From: Balanoglossus misakiensis
Taxonomy: Eukaryota; Animalia; Hemichordata
Length of the DNA stretch: 64,000 bases
Assembly (NCBI GenBank): GCA_040954595.2
Contig: CM082578.2
Location: forward strand, 18,122,728 to 18,186,727
Reading direction: 5' to 3'
Part shown: in pieces, positions 15,001 to 28,800 of the stretch
Numbering within the stretch: position 1 is the stretch's first letter
Layout: every line of letters starts with the position of its first letter
Program-made: the position numbers and the translations under genes
The notes under the pieces: model-generated
The model's database searches: none
What the model saw: the letters and a program-made list of their open reading frames with translations, nothing else
What the model was told of the DNA's origin: nothing

Positions 15001-16112
15001 GTTGATGAACTTTGTTTCTCAACAGCAAAGCAAATCTTGCAAAGCTAAGTCCTTGATCAACTCATTATGCCTGTCATTTTATTAAGACCTGTCCGACTGA
15101 ATTATTTACCAGGCATATACAGAAATCTTTGTCATAGAAACGCAGGCTGAAGGAAGCAGTAATTCATTTGGTCTGTGACAGAAACAGGATATGATCGACT
15201 TTTACCTGAAGGTAATTTGGCTAAGTAATCATTAAAGTTTAATACAATGGCATGAACTTCCCACTGGGAGTTATTTTATGTGCTCAAACAAGATATTAAA
15301 AGAACACAATCAATGCAGAATGGCTGTTGCAGACAGGCATCGACACACTGTGTTGGATAATGGCAGACCGCAGCTCTATTCATTACTGATAAATGTTTCA
15401 TTGATTTTCAAGCAGTGCATTGTGTTTCACTTTCTACCTAGTTAGACGACAATCGTAAGGGGGACTATTCACATCATGGTGTCCAGAATGGAGATGAATC
15501 GACAGGAACTCATGCATTTGAAGCTCATGAATACACTCTACAACAGCCAGTAGTTGGCTTCCTTGGAGCTCTTTTCGCAGATAAACACACTGACTATAAT
15601 GCTGGTACATATTTATACAGAGTACAAAATCCAATTATCTCCCCTGTCTCTGGATTACCAGTACACAGAGCTTGATATATTGACTCTTTAATTACTGAAA
15701 TTTGAATGTGGACAATTGGCTACACTTTCATTAGCAATCCATCTAGTAGCCAAATTAAATTTATCCCAATTCAGAATGTGATTGCTCTATTCATGTCAAA
15801 CACACCATTTTATTTGACTTTGTGGCTTTGCTTTTAGCATCCAAGCAACAAGTACAGAAAATACAAAAGGTCAGTTTTTAACTTGAATTTCCGTAGCTGC
15901 CAAAATTTATTGACAGTGTATTCGCTTAAATCATGAAAGAAAGCACAATGAAATCTGGCTGCAAAAATTAGCATGGGAGTTATGAAGGTGCGATAACTGA
16001 AAAACCGACTCACCTGTGAAGCACTTAGTGGAGGCAGGTGTGATATTATGCTAGGACGGTGCTGTATTTCAAAATCATTTGGCCGGGCAGCATAGTGGTG
16101 CACAGCTGCATT
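1..16112 (-). CDS. DNAH3: Axonemal inner-arm dynein heavy chain, DNAH3-like, N-terminal part. Continues off the left edge; first coding exon unresolved.
   Basis: Phase-consistent GT-AG exons on the minus strand: 16014-16112, 11825-11996, 9165-9294, 7360-7766, 6977-7145, 6179-6320, 5683-5918, 4705-4900, 2384-2587, 988-1241, 476-680, <1-98. Motifs [60 protein letters not shown] and [18 protein letters not shown] match the recalled DNAH3 N-terminus in order. Candidate phase-0 first exons are 22924-22938 (MTSKE) or 21969-22199. It could be a DNAH3 paralog rather than the ortholog. Confidence 0.85.
270..396 (-). mobile_element. Degenerate tRNA-derived SINE head in a dynein intron
   Basis: Minus strand reads GGAGGCAC-TATAATGTAGTGG (A-box-like)...GGTGAGTTCAAGAC (B-box-like) with tRNA-like spacing, but no acceptor-stem closure. 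Confidence 0.5.
5470..5505. repeat. 36-bp near-perfect palindrome
   Basis: CTAGCTTGAACAATTTAGCTAATTTGTTCAAGCTAG is self-complementary except for one mismatched pair. Confidence 0.85.
5532..5622 (+). mobile_element. ~90-bp piggyBac-like MITE, copy 1 (TTAA TSD, CCCTTTCA termini)
   Basis: TTAA-CCCTTTCACC...GATGAAAGGA-TTAA. Aligns by eye end to end with the reverse complement of 26575-26666 and with 62254-62346. Confidence 0.8.
10170..10182. promoter_or_regulatory. RFX X-box-like site, intronic in the dynein gene
   Basis: GTTGCTTGGTAAC fits the short-spacer X-box consensus. Confidence 0.35.
10712..10731. repeat. (TACG)5 self-complementary microsatellite
   Basis: TACGTACGTACGTACGTACG read directly. 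Confidence 0.9.
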
Positions 16113-19100
16113 CTGTCAAGAAAATAAAACATTGAGGTCAGACATCAGGTGAATGCAATGGGGATTAACACATCGGAAATCTCTGTGTGGTTTGGTTGAC
16201 AATTACAAAATTCTTTTCTGCAAGAATATTTCAGCATATGAGATATTACATATACATGTACCAGTACATGTAGAAGCCACATCTATCTTCACCAGAGATA
16301 CATTCAAAATGGAGTGAAGTAAATTTGTAATTTCCATTTTTTTTAGATGACATCTGCCTTCGCTGTTTCATTTCTCACTGAAGCTGAATACTTTGTGCGT
16401 ACACAAAATATTGATGTTTTAACCTGCAAAAATGTATAAGCAAGGGTATATCGATCAACCCAAATGTGTCCCTGCATAATGTGATCATATCAAAGCATTA
16501 CAGATTAGTTTGTCTCAGCCATGTTATACTGTTTCTCAGCCAAAGGCTGTCATCTTCAAACCATCAAACATTTTATGTGCCTTGAACAGCAGCTGCTACA
16601 TTGCATGAAACCAGAAGCTATAAATCTGATTGCTGTACACTTCTACACTAATCAAATGTTCTACCTGCATATCTGGATAAATTAGCAAATTGATCCAGAT
16701 ACTGAGTACAATAATAATTAGTCGATATACGTTACAAAATAGAAGATTCGATCCTCTAGCAAACGTAAACCATCTTAATCTGAATGCCAGTTGCAAAGCA
16801 GGTTTCCATGACTACAGACATATGGCAGACAACTGCTTGTCGTGGGTGGGTCTCTGAACAGTATTTATTGAAGAAATAAAATTATCAAATTTTATTCAGG
16901 AGTTCATTGTGACTTAATCACTTAAACCTTCTGGTTGAAAACACTCAAATGTTATTCATTTGTAACAAGCATACATTCATTTTAGACCAACTTTATGAAT
17001 ACATTAGGAAAAATTCTTTTATATGTGTGTATTACCCATGAATGTTTAACATTATTCATTTTAACTGATATATTATGCAGCTAATACTCAAAGTTGCCCG
17101 AGATATATTGATTTCTCATTTTAATGATATGTACAGGCGGACTTGAATAAATTAGAGGGCATCCTGTTGCCCTGTATTTGAATGTAATTATTTTAATGCA
17201 TCCATCTCAAATTGAATTCCAGAAAATGAATATACATGTACTGTGATGGATCAGGGTAGTAGAGACCTGCTTGGTGTTTCAGACTCTTGGCAAAGTGATG
17301 CACTCAACATGAAGTATTGTGTCACATTGTATTAACTATTTTACCAAGTATTAACTGCCCCAAACACACTGAATGAAATACAATAACAGGCACTCAGATA
17401 GATCCACCATAAAGTCCCCTGTGGACCCTGTTTGAAAATGTCACTTCTATAAAGATAGCGGCTCTTGCATCAGAAAAGGTAAGGCAACTGGGACAATGCA
17501 GATTAGCTGAAAGCCCCTACAACCGCTGGGAATATGTGCCATTAGAATTGAATGGGCTTGTCATCTGAGACCAAGGCCCCTTGAGTCAACTTTATGAGCT
17601 GCTACAATTGTAGTCAGCATTGCCACTGGATAAGCCTTACACATCATGAATGTCTACACCAGTTAAATTTCAGCTTTCAAGCTTGGGTTTACATATGTTC
17701 TATGCTCTCAGTAAATCTTATTGCAATACTTCATACGATCCAATCTTGAATAGCTTATTTAACGGTCATTTTTGAGGTATGTGTAACTTTGAACTTTAAA
17801 TGGGAAGTTTGGGAAACACACAGACTAATTGCCAGACAAACAGACGGACCGGTACAGTTATTGGACCATGGTCTCCCTGGAACAACATGGCAGGGGTGAA
17901 AGTTGTGTTTACTTCGTTCTGCTTGGACCCTATTGTAGACCTCTGTTAAGAGAACATGTTGGTATATTGTATACTGCAGAGTAATTACAATTCAAGGCAG
18001 CTTTGTGTTTCAGGGGGGGTTGACATGGTCTTGCAAAGAACCACTGCACACAATGGAACTGAACAGGAGTGGCAGTAACAATGGTGCCAAAAATGTTTGT
18101 CGTCATAAAATCACCGTTGCCGCTCACCAACACCCGCTATAGACTGTTTTTTATCAAACTGAGTTGAAAACACCTGTTCTTGAACTCGTACACATTGTAT
18201 TCTGCTCTTTTCATTCACAACTGTGTTCTCTGGAAGCCTAACAAGATTGCATGACAATATCAAATGTATACTTGGATTGGAAAAGCTTAGTTGTCCTCAA
18301 TGTAAATAATGCAGCTATGCTAAACTGATTCCAAAGCTATGTCAACAATTCACAATGTTCAAGTTTAGAATGTATTTTACATGATATGTAGCATTCAATT
18401 TTTCTTCTTTTTTCTGTAAGTGTGTTGCTATTTCATGAAATTTCAAGAAATAAAAGTATTCTTACAAAGAAAATTGGTTTGATCAGTTTTGTTGCTAAGT
18501 GATAGCATATTTCATGAGAACCCAGAATAAATCTTTTTTTTTTAAATTTCAATCATATTGAATCATATTTCTTTAATAGAGTATTTCAACCAACTCTTGT
18601 TTTCAAAGTCATCTGTATACAACTTCTGTGCCCCAAACAACTGTCATCCATTATAAAGTGGTTGGCATTGAGATTAAATGTACCAGAACCGTGTCAATAA
18701 TACACACATGAGCAATAGAATATTCATGTAGTCGAGTGGGAGACAGTTGTGTATGTCGTAAAATGAGTGAATTCATACATTTCATGTTGAACAAGAAAAA
18801 GATCTATTTTTTGTTTGAGAATCTGGGAGTTGGCTGAAAGGACAGTGTACCGTAGCCCTTTAAAAATTATTATGTACTGGTGTATAGTACATTGTTGGTT
18901 TTGTTCTGGCAGAGTGATGAATCACCTACATTGATAAGCAGGTCCTTTGGGCCACTTACACCGATGGTGTGGTCAGGTTGGGTTAACAGTTTGTTGTGAC
19001 AACAATGCCTAACATGGAAGATCATATCCAGATCCAACAATTGTGAATATCGAAAGAATGATGCCACACATCAAGCACTGGATATTGATGTGAAAAAAGC

Positions 19101-20327
19101 CTGTTTGCCATCTATCATGATCATCAGTTGACACAGAAGCAATTTTTGTCTGTTGCTATGGTTTGAGAGTATCAATGATTAGGCAGGGAAGTCCAAATAT
19201 ATATTTATGAAAATATACACACGAATGTTGTCTTCTGATTCTCATATCAGGAAAGTACAACAAAGAGTTGGGGCACAATTACTAATTGTGCGATGGTTGA
19301 TTCAACAGGTGGTTTTTGTTTGTTTTGTTTTGTTTTGGGCGGTCAGTGCACTCAGTAGCCACTTTTTGTATTCTTCAGACAAATTGTGTCATTACAACTA
19401 TGCTTGCACGTTGTAGTGAACAACAGGATCAGATTAGGACGGAATAAAATACACAGAGAGGGGCTTTATGTATGACACTTGTTAAGTTCACAGTGTGTCT
19501 CCTTCCATGGATTCTAATTCAACTTTTGGCATTCGTTGCCTAAGTCAGTACTTATGCGTGTTTGTCGTTGGCTGTGGGTATAAGTCATTGAACGGGACCC
19601 TGTTGAAATTCAAGGCCAAATCACATTGTACCAGGTATATCTCTAGCATTAAAGTAATCTAAAGCACTGCATATCCAGTAATCGTTTTCCACACCCACAC
19701 ACACACAAAATCAGGGCATAGCGACGGACTCCTTTTAGAAGCCACAGCTTAAACATAGACAACTTTTCTGGGCACCTTCGATGTCCGTTCCCTGTGGATT
19801 GATGTGGACAAATAAAACACATTGTGTAACAGACGTGGTGTGGGAAAACTGAAATTGCAAAAATTACACTTGGTACAACCTCAGTCAGTTTGTGCCTCAT
19901 AAGAATTTTTCAGGATATTCTTTTCACTTTTTCTCCAAATTTACAACTCTGTTGTCATTTATGCAGATAAGTCCCAGTCAGATTGTAAAAAGCCATTTTC
20001 TAACTACGACATGATAATGTCGTCATTTTCTGCAGTCTTCCTGTCTGCCATCAAACGTACAGTTGCCCGTCTGTCTAATCGCCCCAGGGATTAACCTTAC
20101 AGGCAAAGGGGGTGTAGTGAGACAAAACCGTCTGCTGGTGCCTCATCTTGTCTGCACATGTCAGAAGGTTGCCAGACCATCCCAAAGACAATCATCGCAA
20201 ATAAAACCAGTCAAGACAATACACACAGCGTGGGATCAACTGGTTTAACGTCCGAGCTTAAGAACCTCACAAAGTGAAACAAAAAATAACGCATTTTCAT
20301 ATTGTGTTTACAAGGACATATCGCATT

Positions 20328-20329
<2 letters not shown>

Positions 20330-20359
<30 letters not shown>
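20330..20359. repeat. Poly-T (T30) tract
   Basis: Read directly; bracketed by the inverted 6-mers GCATTG and CAATGC. Confidence 0.9.
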
Positions 20360-20361
<2 letters not shown>

Positions 20362-20529
20362 AATGCCGAACTGGGTATCTATTAAAGTGCCTAGATCGTC
20401 GTGGGAAAACAATAACAGACGCACAATAAATAATTTATCAAGCACATGTATCATGTGTATGTCGTCTTTTTTCTCATGCACTAATGCGCACATTTATCAC
20501 GACGGCGGCGGTCAATTGTGTACAGCGCG

Positions 20530-20543
20530 GTTGCTAGGGCAAC
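20530..20543. promoter_or_regulatory. RFX X-box, candidate ciliary-gene regulatory element for the dynein gene
   Basis: GTTGCTAGGGCAAC is a near-palindromic 14-bp X-box. It lies at the edge of a CpG-rich region upstream of the identified dynein exons. Confidence 0.6.
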
Positions 20544-23500
20544 GGCCTCAACAAGGGTAATATTCTCAGTGGTGAAGTGCGTACCTCTCTGAGTAATAGC
20601 CTGATATTGATTACGTGTCCTCATGCACCGATATTTTCAAGAATTGCCAGGACATTCAGGAAATCTCTACTATGCAGAGACCGCGCGTTGGCAACGGTTT
20701 CACAGTTATTTCCAATTCACGTTGCCGTATTTAATTTATTACGAAGTTCGAGTGCCTTTCGATATTAAAATTTTAAACTCACTATGTAGTCGTTAATGGG
20801 CGTGAAATACTGTTTAAATAGATTTGTTTATCCGTCCCGTATTCACTGAAAATGAAGCATAATGAGACACAAAGCCGACTGAGCATCGCAACCATTACGT
20901 TTTCCAGACGCCCTTCGACTTTTATCATTTTTTTTATAGAAATAAACGATATCCACGCACCAAATTAACCAGTGTTATAAAAATCCAATTTGGAACGCAA
21001 ATACCGGCGCTAGACAACCAGATTGGCACACGTTTTCAAGCAATGTTTCGATTGTTCTGGTGTTTGTCGGTAAAATACTAGTCGTTCATTAAACTAGATG
21101 AAGTAATAAAGTTCTTAGATTGCTCGTTTGATGGATTGATGTCGAAGCTTGTATTGATGACGAGTTGTCATACAGGAAGGATAAATTCTACATATCAACC
21201 CCTCCATATCCATCCCGGGCGCGCCCCACCGTGATTTCTTCCATCCCCGTGTATATGCGCACTTTATTACATGTGCACTGTCAGCTATAAACGGCGGCAC
21301 CGTGCTTTTCGTTGGCACAATACATAGGATTTCGGGGAAACAAAAATGAAAGGGGTAATTAACAACGCCATTGCGTTATGATACAGTGCCAGTCTATTTA
21401 TGATCAAGAAAGACGTCAGATCAGGATGTCACGTACTGCAGAGTGACTTCTAAGCATTAGAGAACCTGTACACAGTAAAACAAGGACTTGCTTTTACTCG
21501 GCAGAATTTAGACTGAACGTTTCCTGACATTTAGGTAGATCCGTCAAAAATATTAAAATGTGCATCAAACGTATCATTGGACTGATGTATTGCACTCCCT
21601 ACACAACCTTTGAAATACAAGACCATGTATATTTGCGCACTAACAACATAATTATACAAAGTGTAGGCCTAGATCCAACATATATTCAGGTGAAGTATAT
21701 GTACTTGGGTGTATTGATATCACCACCGTCATCAATGATTGTCACGTATCGCGGTTTGTGCTCCCATGCACACAATGCAATATAGAGAGAGCAAAGAGCT
21801 TTATTGGAGTCACAGGCGAGTAGAAAACCACGGACATTAATGTTTTGAGAGTAAAAATGTGGCTATAGGTGACACTGACAAAAAAATCACTCCTAAGTTA
21901 CTTAAAACAACCCGAATAGAACCGAAATCGAATTTTGACAATGACGCTTTCTAGTTTGGAGTACGTACTTGACTGTCCTGAACTAATTGATTGCAGCAGT
22001 GACGGATTTGTGACATGAATTGTGCATGGGAAGCTTGCATAACAAGTCTGGTGTCGAAATCGATTCTCCAGCGCAGATAGCTGGCTTTAAACATTAATCT
22101 TTCTCTCCGTGAGTTAATCCTGTCGGTGTTCATTTGAACATTGATGGTCGTGGCAGGTGAATGCATGAGCATCACCGCGGAATTTCCTTCCGTCTCCATG
22201 GAAATGCAAATCTCTCAAACTACTGTCGTTTTCGCCATGGCAATACAATTTATAAATATTTTAATTTAAGGCATAAATCGAAAATGCTCGGCACCAACCT
22301 GTTAAAAGAAAACCCACACGGTGTTACTTGGCAGACGGTAAATATCAGCAGTATTTACAACACCCCTCGCCTGAATATACGATTTGCTTTGACAAGCGAT
22401 GGGAAGAAAACACTGGTATTGTTAGCCTATAGGTGTTTGTGTGTCACAAATGGGGACGGTCCTTTAGAGATTATTGAACTGTATCCCAAGCGATTGATTC
22501 CATTACTTCAGACATTTTCTTAGGCGGTGTGAACCTTACAAATATTTGTTTCTCTAACGAACCACCGCACGATGCTTTGGGCAACTGGTTAATAGCAAAG
22601 GTTGATTCCGAAAGACCGCAACAGAGTCTGGATAAGACATCTTTGAATACCACCGGTGTCAGAGTTTAATCTATACCAACAGCCGACCCTCTCCGTCGCA
22701 CATTGACCGTTCACTGGGCTTATATACGTCATATATATGCACACTGTTATTTTAACTACCTTATCGCCCGTTAATTGTACACACACACGTTGTGTTCACG
22801 GACGAACTAAAAAATACCGCTATGTCCAACCCACAATAAGTATGTGACGAGTTTATGTTGGGAATGTTTAAAGGGAGCGACGGAGTGTTCCGTACAGTTG
22901 CGGTCGTGTTCGCCACCACTCACCTCTTTACTTGTCATTCTCAATCGCTTTTACGCTCAACTCACTGATCGATCGAAACTTTGGTTAAATTCTCCCCTTG
23001 TCATTCAGCTAATCATCCTCCTGCTGGCCGATCAGCCGCAACCGAAACAATTCATGCCGCTTCTTCCATCCAAAAAAGTCTCATTCCATGTATCAACAAA
23101 TGGCTCTGACAACGAATATCGTAAACCGGTGCACCATTCACTTGAAGTTTAACCTAACCGCGTATATATATATAGTGTATCCCAGCACATACATTGTGTG
23201 TGTACGTTCCGCTCGTACGCGTGGCTATGTAGTAGATATGGTTTCTAAGAGATGGCAGCTAATGAATATTTATAAGCAAAGGTAATTCTCCGCTGTCACC
23301 TTGGTCATTCAATGACTTGTGTTGAATAGTTGATCGTTGGAGACGCACTTGTTGCTCGGGTACCGGGCACAATTGTGAAACTAAGGATGGCAGTATACAC
23401 GTGAAATACCTGTCACACATGCCTATGAACGCCATTCCACTTTACAAGGGATCGTAAATGTAAACAACAAGGAAGATGTTCATTGTTATTTTCAGCATTG

Positions 23501-25687
23501 TCTGCCTCAATTCTTAGTAAACGGTGTAGTGCTTTGTTTTTCAACATGTGATACAGCCCAGATATATAACATTACCACCACCCTGAACTTGATAAGTTCC
23601 GATCTCGTATATACGCTTTATGTTACCAAGCGAAAGGTCATTGCCTTTTTAATATGGTCAGTGGATAAAAACGACGGTGACATAGTTTTAAAAAATCACA
23701 AAAGAGCGGGTCTGACGACCACTATACCTGCCGCACCAGATGATGACTGATCGCACGTACATAGCAAACTCGTGAAGTAAAATGGGTCTTTTCTATTACA
23801 ATGCATTGATGCAGCTTGGCTTTAGGTAGATGGTTGGAAATCATTTTTTGGAAGTTATTCGACCCAATGGGAACGAAACAAGCTACGACACAACTGATTT
23901 GAATCATCTTTAAATAAATTTTATAATTTCAAGGTAAAACGTCCGTTTGGTTTAAACATTTTTTGGTGGCACGCGCTCATTCAGTGTCAATTTGCAAGCT
24001 TCCAACATTCGTCCGAATTGTGAAATTTAAAAAAATCGTTCTTATGTGCCATCGTCATTGAACAAACTGATGAAATGCCCGTAATCACCACGGTAACGTC
24101 ACCTATTGCCTCAATAAAAGACATGCTATTTTACCATGATACAGAATATGAATCGGACAAATGTGATGCTTAATTTTGAGTAGCATCCACTTACATATTA
24201 ATTATTTCTCATAAACCATGAATAAATACATGGAAAGTTGACGATAATTATAGACAAAGTATAGTTGGTGACCAGCGTTACCTGGTCATGTGTGGTGGCG
24301 CTGTTGCACCAGGATTTCACACACGTCTTCTCTTCTGGCCAATTTGAAACGCGCGGTGGAAATTGGTAAAAATATAAACGAGTCGGCTACTGGATAACGA
24401 ATGTCGTACATTGTCATTTCGAACTCGCGGTTTGAGTGAACCAAATTTGAAAACAGGAAACTCAACTTTACTTTTGTGAGTTTGGAGTATCTGATGTTTT
24501 GAAAAAGTACCCCCTTCTTTTCACAGCGTGATGATAAAATAATTCCGTGATTTTAGGAACACGCACGGAGGTCGTATAGCTACTGAAAAAGAAAACGGTG
24601 GACACATGCCTATCCATTCACATAAAAGTGACGATTAATCGGTTTTAGAAAGTGGGCACTGAAAACATTTTCCACCAAGCCAATCGGTATCCTTTTGAAA
24701 ATCGGTTTGCTTGCCTTGATGGGGTTGAGAGCAACTGTACTAAAAAAAATTTACTCGGCTTTTCGGCTCTTAATCTAGTATCCAGCCGTGTGCTGTCCAC
24801 TTCGACGCTTCCAAAATTAGTTTACTTAGTTTTGGAAACAAAGCGGACATTACACGACTAGATACTAGACTACCCTACACACGTAACAACCCGTACAGAC
24901 TGAACATGTCGTGACGTGTCTAATACTAGTAGTACATGTACCACTTAGGGGCGCAGTAGTAACACATTGACGTCATTTTGAGAAAGGCTTGCCATTGGTG
25001 GATTCTGCAGGCACTTGCAACTTGTTCGGACAAGTCGTCGGATAACAAATAGAGTTACTATTAATAACACATTCCGAAGGGTATATAAATGGACGACCTT
25101 TAAGAAGCGTGCTGGCAAGTTGAATGTGGTTTTTACAGACGCATACACATTGGCATTGCACTGCATAGTAAGTGTTTGTTCACTGTCATTCTGTGCGGGT
25201 GACTGCATTATGTGGTGAGGCCCATTAGGTGATGCTTGTATTATTTTTGAACGCTTTTTTCTTGGGGGAAATGCTTGATCAATTTGATCATGTTTCTAAA
25301 TATGTGCATGTTATTAGATATACCGCGTCCCACGATATACGCGTCCACGAAAATGCAAAGTGTAAGCCAAAAAGGGGCGTACAAATAACGCGCAAATGTG
25401 GGCGGGGCTGCCTAAAAGGGATAACACGTAGGCCTATATGCTTCATATCAAATACATGTACCAGCGCCCACCGCCAAGATATAATCTCTAACATTAATGC
25501 TTTTCCTCTGATCTGAGTACCCAACTGTAATCGCTGAATATGAAATCGATTAGTCTGTATTGGCTAGTGTGCTGTGTTGTCGTAAACGAGAGAGTTTTGA
25601 CCCGTACGTGAACCGATCTTCTCGCAATGTATTAATATGTAAATTTCTCAATACACGTCGCGCTATTCACTTCGTCTTTCGGCTTGC

Positions 25688-25701
25688 GTTGCTATGACAA
25701 C
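25688..25701. promoter_or_regulatory. RFX X-box upstream of the PARP3 start codon
   Basis: GTTGCTATGACAAC, about 120 bp before the ATG, in a CpG-rich context. Confidence 0.55.
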
Positions 25702-25818
25702 ATAACGCTATATATCGCCGCTCGAAGGCGAGTGTCTCGTATATTGCAACAGAGTCTAAGACCTGCTACGAGTCCAAACTCTCCGATTTCTTGCAGATAC
25801 CGTCATTTTTAGCTCAAA

Positions 25819-28800
25819 ATGCCACCTAAACGAAAAGCAACAGCTAAAGCCGCGGCCGGTGGCAAGAAGGCCAAGGCTGCAACTGCGAGTGAAGATGCCG
25901 GACCGTCAGATGTCAAATCAGCCATTGAAGCATTGAAGACAGCAGAAAAGGGCAAGAAAACGGTTGCCAAGGTGGACCAATATTGCAGTTTGAAAAATTC
26001 AGCCACGGTATGTTTCAGTGAAAATCATGCATAATGGCACATAAGTGGGTGTGGCATTTTATTATTCCGATTTTTTTTCTATTGAAGAGAAATTTGACCT
26101 TGTTTGACCCAGACTTTAGAGATTATATCCAGAAAAATTAAAGATCACTGAAATTGCTGTACATCTGCATGGGGTCCTTATCATAAAATGGACCATTTGC
26201 AATATTAGACATCATATGTATTTTCTGTTCAACCAGGTTTATGAAGACTATGATTGCATGTTGAATCAAACCAACATTGGATTTAACAACAACAAATACT
26301 ATGTCATACAAGTGCTACAGTCTGGGGCACGGTTTCACGTCTGGAATAGATGGGGGAGAGTGGTAAGTTACATGTGTTTTAGATTATGTCTTTTTGTTGA
26401 TATAGTTGTCTTGATAGTCAGATGTAATTTAGGTTAGGAATTTGCCCAATGCTGGGTGGTAATTATCACAGATACACTAGTACGCAGTATCTATACTCTC
26501 GTTTTTTCGGCCATCCATGTCATCTGCCATTCATTGTTACCGTATGAGGCAAGGAACTGAGTATATTGGAAATTTTAACCCTTTCACTCCTAATTCCCTG
26601 TAAAGAGGTGCAACATTGCCATGAAAACAATGGAGTCGGACTAAACCATGGTGGTGAAAGGGTGAAACCTTTGATGTCATTCATTGTTGCAGGGTGAACC
26701 AGGTCAAAACAGCCTGAAAGGACCATTTACTGATGTGAAAAAAGCCATATCAGAATTTGAAAAGAAATTCAAAGACAAAACAAGGAACGCATGGAGTAAT
26801 CGTGCCAGCTTCACTCCCTCTCCAGGGAAATACACTCTGCTTGAAATGGATCAAGATCACACAGAAGCAGATGCAGCAGAGACAGAGAAAAAGGTACAGT
26901 AAAACGTCTCTAGAAACCTGTCTATACTGAAACCCCTTTCCTAACCACATGTTGCAAGAACCTCTATAAACCGGACATCTCTGCAAACCGAAAACAATTT
27001 CTTCAATCCCTTTGGTGATCAGTTTAGACAGGTTTTATTGTATACAACAATACATACACTTCACCTTTTGAAAACATTACCAGGACTAACTTTGATTTGA
27101 TCTGACTTTTTGTATTTTTCAGCTATGTACCAGTATTTATATAATGATTAATCCTACAGTTTTGTGTCACATTTGCAGATTTCCAATAAAGAAATAACCA
27201 AAAACATCCTATTAAACTATGTTTAATATTTATTTTCTAAGCTGGCCAAGCTAGATGAAATAGATGGAGTTAAAGTTGAGAAGAAAGTTGCAAGCTGCAC
27301 GTTGGACAAACCAACCCAAAATTTAGTCAATCTGATCTTTGATAATGACATGTTCAAGGAACAGATGCAGAATTTTGAACTCGGTAAGGCACTACCACCA
27401 AAAGTGAGAATAATATTTATTCCATGTACTCGCAAAATGAAAGATCTGTGTGTGCATGCAGGTACCACATTATTGATTTTGGCTCTGTGTGTATACGTTA
27501 TTTTAATTTTTCTTGGTTTATACATAGACCCTAGGGTCTATGGTTTATACTATGATGAACAAACTCCCTTCCAGGAAAGTGTCTGTGAAGTTTGCCATGG
27601 CAAAAATACTAATTGCCAGTAAATCATTTCTACAAGTTTGATAATTGTGGATACATGTATATAAGTCAAATTTGTGGAAACTCACTGAAGAAGTTCAAGA
27701 CAAACAAACATTTCATAGACTTGATAGATGCATTTGATTGACTTTATAATATTCACAGTTGATTTTATGCTAATCATTACACAGTTGACATAAAGAACAT
27801 TCTTTCTATCAATTTATGATAATTGTGTGTTTTCTTGAACAGATGTCAAAAAGATGCCCCTGGGCAAACTGAGCAAAACTCAAATTGCAAAGGGTTTTGA
27901 AGCATTGGAAGAAATTGAGAAAGCAATCACTGAGAAGAGAACACGAGAGCTGACACAGCTGACATCCAAGTTTTACACCCTGATTCCTCATTCCTTCGGA
28001 AGAAAAGTGCCGCCGGTGATCCGCGATCCAGAAATGGTTCAAAAGAAGAAAGACATGTTATTGGTCTTGGCTGATATTGAACTTGCTCAAAGCATGCAGA
28101 AAGACAAAGTCAAAACAGAGGTACATTGTCATGTTTTGTTTTGTCTGTTTTAATACACAAGGTAAACTACATGGGCCGGTATGTTTAACTGTGGACACCA
28201 GTGACATGTATTCACATAAGAAGTATTTTGGGCAAGGAGGCTATTTATTTGCCCCAAATACCCTGCAAGGTCTGAGTATTTGTTTCTAGTGGTTTTATGT
28301 TAATTACTGATGGATTCACATCAGTGAAATTACCCAGATGAAGAAATCATGTGAACATTGAACACTGTTTTTTTGGTTTTTTTTGGTCTGCCATATTTGC
28401 AGGTTACAGCCAAAGAGGTTCCCCACCCTCTGGACATTAATTATGGTCTCTTGAATTGTGGTCTGAATCATGTGAAACCAGGCTGCGAAGATTACAAGGT
28501 AAGATTCTTAGAGAGCAACAGTTTCTTTCTCAAATCCTTTTGTACGGTATGTATACAAATAAATTTAAATCAAAATTACTGAAACAGCCGTTTAGTTGAC
28601 CACTTGAATTTTGTTTTTCTCACGCTTGACTTCATGTGTTCTGTTCTGTTCTAGATAATTCAAAACTACTTGGATGCAACAAAAGGTTGGTGCAGTAGTT
28701 TGAAGATTTTGGATGTTTGGAAAGTAGACAGAGGTGGGGAGGTAAGAAACTGTTCATACATATAGCTCTTCCATCTTTCTCATTGACGTTTGCTCTGTGT

